From assembly GCA_003344405.1 (NCBI GenBank), contig NOWV01000237.1:62001-98148 (forward strand): a stretch of 36,148 bases of DNA. Reading direction: 5' to 3'. A model generated the notes under the pieces. The model searched no databases, was not told where the DNA came from, and saw nothing but the letters and a program-made list of their open reading frames with translations. This document shows, piece by piece, positions 1 to 10,100 of the stretch. The position numbers were made by a program, and so were the translations under genes. Origin of the DNA: Trichoplax sp. H2 (lineage: Eukaryota). Within the stretch, counting starts at the first letter, position 1, and each line of letters begins with the position of its first letter.

Positions 1-532
1 AGAATTAAGACAGTATATAAATTCAAAATAGCAAATAATGCCAAATGGACGAATAATATTCATCGGCTAAAAAAGAAAGGGATTAGCAATAAATTAAGTG
101 AAATAAATTTAAATAATAACTTTTCTGAAGTGAAAATACAGAAAATTCTAGATATAGAGATACTAAATAAGCACAGACCAAATAGAGAGATGACTGCACA
201 TAAAAATTTGAATGTATACTGCATATCTTTTGGATCACTAATAAATAATACAGTATGACGAGTAAATACATAGAGCAAGAAGTGTCTATAAAATTAAAAG
301 GTTCGAAAAGAACGAGTGTAAAACAGAAATTTGATGACAAATAAACAAGCTTCACAGCTTATATAACTATCCTTATAAGGTTTTGTTTTTAAACGTAAAA
401 AGTGTAACCGTTGATAGCTGTGTGTACGAAAATATTAATCAACCAGCTTTTGCTTCTAATGTATTTACTTGTAAAACATCATACTATGCCAAATATGAAA
501 GAATCAGAATATCAATATATAAACATATATAT

Positions 533-547
533 ATGATAATAATAATG

Positions 548-616
<69 letters not shown>

Positions 617-642
617 TTAATAAGAATAATAATAATAATAAT
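533..642. repeat. (AAT)n microsatellite, probably within the CPEB 3' UTR
   Basis: About 110 bp of near-perfect AAT repeats, 260 bp downstream of the CPEB stop codon. Confidence 0.95.
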
Positions 643-901
643 TTAAAATGTGCAACTCGCATTAAACTCTACATATCATAAAAGCACATCAAAAACTAGT
701 TAAGTTACAAAGATACTTGCATTAAATTTAATTCTCACCAAACATAGAATAGAAAAAGAGACAAAAATGGTAGAAAAAACTAATTAACGAAGATTATGAT
801 CAAATTTTCACTACAGGAAACTTGGTAAGAAGAATTTTGGTAACAGAAAAAATGGAAAAGATAAGAAAGAAAAGTTTAACTTGGCTAATAATTTCTCTTT
901 T

Positions 902-1129
902 TTAACTCCATCGAAATGGGACAGTTCGAGGACGATCACCACCCTCCTTAACTAAAGGCTTATGAAATTCTTTTCCCTGGCGTGAATGATTCATAGCCCA
1001 ACAATGTTCGCAATAATATTGCAAGCAGGTAACATTAGAGCAAAAGAAAGGAGCAAATTTTCCGCCACATCGTGCTCCTTGGCAATGATCGCACATTTGG
1101 TCATCTAAAACATACGGCTTAACTTCGAC
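902..1129 (-). CDS. CPEB2/3/4: CPEB coding exon 8 (ZZ-type zinc finger and stop codon)
   Basis: 228 nt, encodes VEVKPYVLDDQMCDHCQGARCGGKFAPFFCSNVTCLQYYCEHCWAMNHSRQGKEFHKPLVKEGGDRPRTVPFRWS*. Confidence 0.96.
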   Translation of the reverse strand, partial: VEVKPYVLDDQMCDHCQGARCGGKFAPFFCSNVTCLQYYCEHCWAMNHSRQGKEFHKPLVKEGGDRPRTVPFRWS

Positions 1130-4100
1130 CTACATAGGAGATTATTTATAAATTATTTGATGAACATCAATATTTCAATCAACACCTAGATAGTAATGCT
1201 AAATAGTTCGGCTACAATAATGGTATGTAGAGTGCGCCATCACCTTGCGGTTTATTACATAGAGTTAAAAGTAAATTGTTGATATATACCAATATACTAT
1301 ATATGGTGTTATTGTGCATAATTTAGCATCGTACCCTTTTATCAATATCTCCATGTTGTAGCTGAACAAAGCGGGCGCTAATGGCAGCAATGTAACTCTG
1401 TTGATTTGAAAAAGCAACACGTCCAGCACCTTTAGGATACTTCAACTCCGGATCGGTATCAATTCCAGCATAGCAAACACCACCATAGAAATCGTTCATA
1501 ATCTTAGCTAGCTCGCCTAAGAAAGGATTGAATTAATTATAGCTTATTATACTATTTGTATTTGTTGATTTTAGTCAAATGACCATGAAATCCATATTTT
1601 TCTGTAATTTTCCCAATTATTTACTTACATGCACGAAGTGGACGAGGCACACCGCCAACAAAAATTGTCTTCCTTGGATCGAGCGGTTTCGAATTATCCA
1701 TAACAAAATCGCTATCGGATAGATTCCAAGGTCGAATTTGAACCTAGTATTTTGATGAATAAAGTTTGACAGAATAGAGTAACAACTGTTAGTAAAGATG
1801 ATGATTACAGGTTTACTACGTCGTTTATCCTTCCCTTTTAACGTGTACTTACAGGTTTATGCTTGATGGTTGGACTTGAGACATACATAAACAATTTATC
1901 ATCATCACGAACACACGACTCTATCAATTTCTGAACAGAGACTTCTTCCTCAAATAATAAGAAAGCGTATCCTAATGGCGATAAAATAGAATTTTAAAAA
2001 TAATTTGTTACAATGATGATAGGTAGGAATTATTGCTGTACTATATATTAGACACTATAGAGTGTATAGTGGATGATTAATAGGATAAAATGTGACTTTT
2101 TACCTTTTGGAGGAAAGTAAGATTTACTTTCAGCTTTATGTGGCCAATCAACTGTAAGAGGGCCAAACCGACAAAAGGAATTGTGGATTTCATCTAGATT
2201 TAAAATTAAAGTTAAGCAATCATGTTATGTCAATGAATGGTGATTAACAGCAGTTTTAAGATTGAATTGGGATCGCTATCGCTATCTTTTACTACCTTCA
2301 TCGATATCTGGAGGTAAGCCACCAACAAATACTTTGCGAGAAAAACGCTCGGTATGATCTCCTCCTCCTCCTCTTACATTATTATCCATTAAGTGTAAAG
2401 GTCTAATAGGAGAGATTCTTTGATCATTTATAGCAGTTGGATCTTCCAGTCCTCTATCAATGCCTTGATTTGTTGGAAAGAATGTCTTATCTAAATGGAA
2501 GATGAGTATTTCTATTATTTGTGATGGAATTAAACTTTAATGTAGTATCCATCGTAAAATTGTGGACCCATAATTCAAAATCGACAACTACTAGAACTGC
2601 AATTAATAAGTATCGATAGCCACAGCAAGATACTAGCAACATCTTTCAATATTTGGTCCTGTACCGTAGTTCTATTCTATAATTTATTGAAATTTGGCTA
2701 TCGAGTAATAGCCTTAAAGTAGATAATATGACTCAAAGAGGTAATAGATGAATCCAATCGGAAATAATCACGCGACATGCTATTGTATTACTCGCCATAA
2801 TACTTGTTATTTTTGAGCTGGTATAATTATTTTTACACACAATAGATAGGCATTACGCCATATATATCGGTATATTCAAATGTTTTAGTTTAAAAATATG
2901 GCAAGATACTGGCTACTCTCTAGATTTAATCCAACCAATTAAAGTTTATAGTGAGTAAAAGATGTAACTTTACCTTAACGCTATCATCTGATCATTATAA
3001 GCTACCCTACATGTACGTATTAAACTAGTGTTAATCTTAGTTTTTCATCTGTTTTATAACTAGTCGACATAGGAAGTGAACCGTAGTTGTTAACAGCATG
3101 GACAAACGGTAAGTATGAGTACTTGTTAAAACATTTTTTTCCGCTATCAATGTACATTGAAGTTTAATTTCTACAGTCTATTGGTGAATATTATCGCTTA
3201 AACTACTCCACTATCGTTATAAAATAATAATAATAGAATCTAGAGAAATAGACAAAAGATTCTATTCGATCGATCATCCAAATTCTATTCCAAAATTAAA
3301 ACAATAAATATATATTGGAATAATCCGACGCCAACGCCAACTCGATTATAAATGGAAGAAAGAAATTTTTACCTCTTGTATGTTCGTCAGGTGTTGGAGA
3401 TTCAATAATACCCATTAGGTTATTCTCTAGAGTCGGAAATTTCATATCTGCCGATTTTGTCTACGAGATAAAAAAAAAGAAGCAATACCCTTGGATATTA
3501 ATTAAATGAATCTAATAGTAGCACCTCAATAATAAACAAAAGCTATCTTGATTATACAATATCTTCTATAGAGTAAAGGCATGAATTTAAAGGGGAAAAA
3601 AAAAACTATCATGTCTAGATATAATATATTCAACCACTCTATAGTATTTATTCGACTTTGAAAACATTCACTTGGTTATTAATTTGATGACGATAGAGAA
3701 ATAACTATAAATAAGATGGTTGAAAATTCACTACAAGGAGTCAGTAGAGAGTGAATAAGATTAATAAAATATCATTTCATTCTTCATTTCTATTCTATAG
3801 TCAATGAATTGTTATTGCCATTGACATTCTTGACTAAAGCTCGAGGCAATAGGCAATAAAAGATAATTGATCAATTATTAATCAATGCTTTTCAGTTCAT
3901 TTTTTACCCTTATGTACACTATTTTCAAGTGTATGCAATTGGAAAATGTATAATATCCAAAGAAGAAAAGGTTATAACGACGACAATTTGATATTGAGTA
4001 GAACGACTGAATTAATACAGATTAAGGGTAATATGGAATAAGAAAACATTTCGATTGCAGAATTGATATCCATTTAACTGTGTACAATCTGACATTGAAA

Positions 4101-7100
4101 GTCTAATATTTGTTTATTAGCATTAAAAATAAACCTATTACCGATCAGAAAGAATTGTTATTGAGTGATTCTCCAGCACAACAATACAACAATTTATATA
4201 GGATGCTATCCTAATTTTTTCTAATTGAAGTATCTGTCCTAATGCAACTCTCTATTTGGCCATTGTTCCAATCAATTTTTTATTCTTTTCATACGAGTAA
4301 AAGGGAGATCCAACCGAGGGATAGAGAGTGCAAGAGTTATAATATTGATCGTCTATCTTTTACTGTCATGTAAAGTAGCGTAGTCCTATTTTGGCATCAT
4401 TGCTACAACAATTCAATTTTATCAACATAAGGTCCAATAGAGTGAGAAAACAATATTCTTGTCTCTTTCACTCATTCTCGAATTGCTGTACAGTAATAGA
4501 CAGTCTAATTGAACTTCTACTTTGGTTGTATCATGTCGATTGTGAAATTCAATCGGTTCGATAAACTGGCCAAGTAGGAAAATAAATTAATCATCGTTTT
4601 ATTTCCATATAGAACGGAATGAGATTTACTGTTAGTTCATAGTTGTAGTCGTCTAATTTTCATTCCAATGCTAAATTAAGCTTGATATCTGTACATTGCT
4701 CTCTAACTGTCAATAAAAAGTGATCTATTTGCGCCTTCTTATAGAAGAGAATTGAAATTGACCATTGAACCTCTCCAAGTCTTACAATATCATCAATTTC
4801 CCTGTAGAATTAACTTTGATCCTTTATCATCCAATTTTCTTGGCGTATTCTAATCCTCAAAGTCTTGTGAATACTGTCGAAGAAATACTGAAATTTTACC
4901 AGTTCACCAACCTTCGTTCTAAATTAATACTAATATCGATAGGAATTAACTTCAATCTACTGTACAATAAATTTTACGAGCTCTCATCATTCCATTCTTG
5001 TAATGAGAAGAAAAGAAATTGACCATTGTGCCTATCTTAGTCCTAGAATAGCCATTGCGATATGACATCAAGTCTGATATATTTGCCAAAAAATATCAAG
5101 CTTCTACAAGTGAAATTTTACCATTGCATGTAATCTTAGTCCTGGAATAACCAACAGCTAATCAAGTCTGATATCTTTGTAAGAAACGTTCAAGTTGTAT
5201 AGTGTAATCATCCATTTCTCATATACTGTACTTTATAAGTGAAATTGCACCATTACACCTATATTAGTTGTACAAATATCCATTGGGTTATTCCAATGTA
5301 AGAGTAAGTTTGATAGTCACGTTTATTCAAGTGATCTTTCTTGCCTACTATTATTACATCCCTAACCGTTATTATAATATGTGGAAGAGAAATAAGATAT
5401 TTACAGGTTAGTCGTAGATCAGCAGTTGATGATGCTGTTGAATGGGATGTTGGTTATGATACCTGACAATTATCCATTTTCAAGGACATATCATGAGTAA
5501 ATTAATGTTTTCAAAAAAGAGAGAGATAAATAGGGAATGAGAAAGGAAAGATAGTATAACTAGAATTCTTATTAGCTTGATTATTCAAATCAAGGTATTA
5601 TCGGGTCAAAGTGGACAATGTGATTTTGATGAAATCACGTCTTGATTCTACATCGTTCATTTTGGTTCTATGGTATACAAAGTCAAAATAGAGTATTTTC
5701 AATATAAAGATGATAATGATGGTGGCAAAAAGGGTTTCAGCAAGCATACGGCTCTAGTCCACTAGAATTAAAGTTATACCAATGATATCAATTTGTTAAA
5801 ACATGATTATAGATATGACATGAACATGGCAGTATTAATACCCACTACTGCCGAATCTGCATGATTTCAACGTTAGATTTTAGTGAAGAAGAGGAGTGAT
5901 GTTAGGCTTGAAAGAGGAAAAAGTAATATTAGCTTGATTCCAATCTGAATAGTTCTTTTACAGTTTCGATACGATTTAGTTCCATTCAAAAAATATCTCT
6001 GCAATATAAGAAAGATCGGGGAGGCTAGAATTGGCACTCATCTATGTCAAGATAGTTGCAACTAGGCTCGATTACGTTAAGAAGAATGGATGAAAAGTTA
6101 TCCATATTGACCGTGACAAGATCGAGCATCTTAAGCTAGCCTTGAATGGATGAGAAGATTTGTTTCCATCAACGCGATCACAACTATCTTGGCGAAGAAA
6201 ACTACATCAAGTCTTAAGGCAGTAAATTGGACATGGAAGTCTATCAATCATGGACTTGTAGCGTTAAAAAAAACGATGATATTGTACAAGATCACGCCAT
6301 CATTAAACCATCTTCTAAAGAAATACAGTTATTGCATTATTGCTTTAGCAAGCATCACCTGCACTACTCTATAACATACTGTATAAGGAATGCAAGGCTA
6401 TCCTGAAAAATAGATTCATCCAAGTGGATTTGTCTTTTTTATTATTTTATCCATCTTCGTTATAAAGGATTTGGTCGAATAACTTGATAAATGTCTGTAC
6501 TCTTCAAATTGGCTTCTTGTCGTCATTGTATGGTTTGCATTTTCATGGAAGAAAATGAGATTGTCATCAACAGCGATGGCTCTCTATCATCCACCTAATT
6601 GATATTCATGGACACAAATTGAAAGTCTATATGGTATATCTCCTTGGATGATTCTTTACATGCATTTACTGTATAATTATCAACACCGATGGCCAGCCCT
6701 ATCGATCATCCCATTGGCATCACGGCAATATTTCGATGTCCTTTGCCGGCTTCCATCAAGTTATCCATCCTTTATGGTATATCGACAGACATGTTCCTTA
6801 TGCAAAAAAATTCTATCATCTAACCACTGGTTCATCGATATTATAAGTACGATCAAACGATGCTAGTGGTTCATGGCTATCCACGAGTGTGGATCCATCA
6901 ACGTCGCTGATCCACATCTTTTCTACTCTAATAGTCAAAAAATAGTCCAATTTCTCTTTGCTTACTGATTCAATCTATCATTAGCTCTCGATATCTACTC
7001 CATAATGCATATAAACTATTCATCAGTCTGATTGGTGGCAATGTAGCAGATAGAAATCTTTCTTCTTCTTTCAAATTCTGCCTATTCCTATTGATTTCCT

Positions 7101-10100
7101 GTTGGCCCTCGATGTCAGTTAATGGATTCATCTAAGGTAGCCGATACAAGTCTTTCCTTTTTTCAAAACATTCTATCTATGCCTGTTCATCGACTATTGG
7201 CCTTCCATCTGTGCTAATCGATTCATCAGTCTGATTGAATGGTAAGGTAGCCGATACAAGTCTATCCTTTTTGATCTACGTTGGCCCTGCATGTCCGCTA
7301 ACCTATTTATCAGTCGCATTGGACGACAAGGTAGCCGATGGAATTCTTTCTTTTTCTTGAAAAAAGAATAGAACTGTCTTTATCCTTATTGATGTAGCAT
7401 TGGCCTTCCATGTTGGATAATGGATTTTATCAGTTCCTTTGGACGGTAAGGTAGCCGATAGAAATGGTTTTCATTCATGAAAAAGAACCTGTCCCCATCC
7501 CGATTGATTTAGCGTTGGACTTGCATGTCCGATCATGATTAATCTATTCATCAGTCCCGTTGGATGGCAAGGTAACCGATAGAATTCCTTGTTGTTGTTG
7601 AACAAAAATGACTGTACCTATCCTTCTTCATTTAGCCTCCCATGTCTGATAATAATAATGTATTCATGAGTCCCATTGGATGGTAAGGTAGCCGATCAAG
7701 ATGATTCTCATTTCTTGAAAAGTAATATTATATAATAATTTTCCCTATGGATCTAGCGTTGGTCTTCCATGTCCGCTATATATACAATCAGTCCCATTGG
7801 ACGGTAAGGTAGCCGATGCAAATCGTTCTCATTCTTAAAAATAAATAAATTGTACCTATCCCTACTGATGTAGTATTGGCCTTGCATGTCTGCCAATCTA
7901 TTCAGTATCCTCATTGGATGGAAAGGTAGGCGACCGACGATTTTCTTGATGGCGAAAAAATGATTTTACCTATCGCAATGGCACTGATGGCGTCCAGTGC
8001 GCCATGACTACCGAGTTGATTTAGTGGACAAAGGGATTGTTCTCCCCCGTATGAAGGAAAGGAAAAAAAAATAGTAGCAACCAATGGATTAAATATCCAT
8101 TGCTGGACTTATTGAAGGATAGGATACAATCAGAATTCAAAGACGATCTGGATAATTTGTTGAAAGGTGATGATCATTGATACGGATGGAAATTCAACGA
8201 TAGCCATGATCGGCCATCCAGTCCGGCAACAAGTAAAAGGGAAGCTTGTAATTGACACATTTAATTTCATTTTCATTGATCGCCAGGGGAAATAGAATAA
8301 CAAAGACTTGACAAATCTTCAAATAGCCAAAGGAAAAACAATTTCTGCTTGCAAAAAATGCTATCGACTGCAATCGATCCTACTGATCCTAGCCAATTCA
8401 GCTTGAATTCTATAGTAATGGTCGAGAGAAGATGGATGATGAGTTATCCCAATCCATCTATTCATTTTTTTTCCCCTTCCTGAATTATGACAGTATTCAT
8501 TTTTTTTTTGGCCCTCCTGCTAGTTTATTAAAAGAATAATAAGAAGATGCTTGATGATTGAATAAGATGGTCAATATTAGACAAATCCCAGTGTTCAGTT
8601 TAGGCTATCCACTGAAGTAGGATATGAATTGAATCGGTAGAGAGAAAAAAAATTAATGGAGGAAAGAAAAGATTTCCTTTCTCCTCCGTACTTAGAACAT
8701 AAATTTGTAATAGTATTGATCCTGTCGGCAGCTGCAATATCAATTGGATTTACAGTTATTCTCCTTGAAAATAAAAATGCCTAGATTAGGCGCTATTCTA
8801 TCTACCAATACTGTCATAAGGTATAAAATACATGGACTAGACTCCATGCAAAAACTGCCTCCATTTTTATAAACTGCAAAAGTCAATGGCATCATTTTCT
8901 ATCGCTTAACGACAACGATGTTCAATACTTGAATTGGAAATTAGCAAGAGTTTTCAGAAAAAAATTCCAGCCCCAGCTGTTGTAAGGCAATATCCTAGTA
9001 ATGGGCATGAATTAGCATAGCGTAATCCATCTTGTTAGCATAGTCATCACCATTACCATCAAAAGAGTCCAATTCTACTGTCATCATTATCATGGATTAA
9101 TTAATATGATTATTCATTGGATATGGAGTCCTACTGGTTTTTACATCGATCCCTGTCCTATTGAAAGGATCGACGGATTGAACATGATGTTTTCAATTAA
9201 TTGACTACAAGGTTATCGACAAATGGGAGTAGATGTCCATTTATCATGGAAAGGCTAACCATAGAGATAGGCATTACAAGCTCTATCATAGAGTACAAGA
9301 TGAGAGAATTGTCTCTTTTTGCCTCCACGATTGAGGAGTTGGAAGATCGTCCATTAGCCTGTCCTTGGGATCATTTTACTATAGCTATCATCCTTTCCAT
9401 TGCATTACTATCGACTGTTTGAAGTTAAAAACTACGTAGGAAAATGATTCTATCGACTTTTTTCCTCGATCAACTCGCTGTTGATGGAATATCTTGACTA
9501 CCTGTAGTAGAAAGCTACATGAAAGGGAAAAATTGACGCCATGTCTACATCGCTCTTGGCATGAAAATAATGTTTGAACTATTTTTCAATATCCAAAATC
9601 AATGGAAAGCATGTGGCAGGCAATTTCAAATTATTAATAAATGATCTTGTATGGTTATTTGTACTTTGAAGGCAATACATTACGTTGGGGGGAAAAAAAG
9701 CAATTTGAACTTGCATCTGTTTGAAAGTAATGCATTACACCAGTGCCGAAGCAAACTGGAGGAATGGCTGACTATCCATACTGTGGCATCAAAAATGAAT
9801 GAAATTGCAACTAAATCGCGTATTTTATCCACCTTGGCCTTACAGGATTAAAGCATCAAAGAGCGATCAATGAATTGCTTCGCTGTAAAATCAATCGATC
9901 AACTTTCATCCATGTAAAAGTGGTAAAATATTGTCTCTACTACAACAATCTTTCACGTGTGGAGTAGCCACAACGGATGTCAGAAGAGATTGAGTAAAAA
10001 TAATGTTGACGGCATAACACGGGTGTAAAAAATCATCCAACTCAAAGTAGCGATAGAGAAGATGGTGAAAACTACCATCCAAGTTATTTTGACCATTTCT

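Noticed and set aside
383..646. 87-aa ORF with a poly-Ile run
   Set aside because: It is a translation of the (AAT)n microsatellite, antisense to the CPEB 3' UTR.
7015..7940. Array read as a CRISPR locus, a neuropeptide precursor (D-G-K motif) or a plus-strand microexon series
   Set aside because: The context is eukaryotic with no cas genes, and the linkers are homologous rather than unique. Stops and frameshifts occur between units, and the AG...GT segments have inconsistent lengths and frames.
7015..7940. Canonical HDV-like (CPEB3-type) ribozyme
   Set aside because: By eye I found no clean 7-bp P1 or L3/P1.1 pattern on either strand; only a covariance-model search could rescue this.
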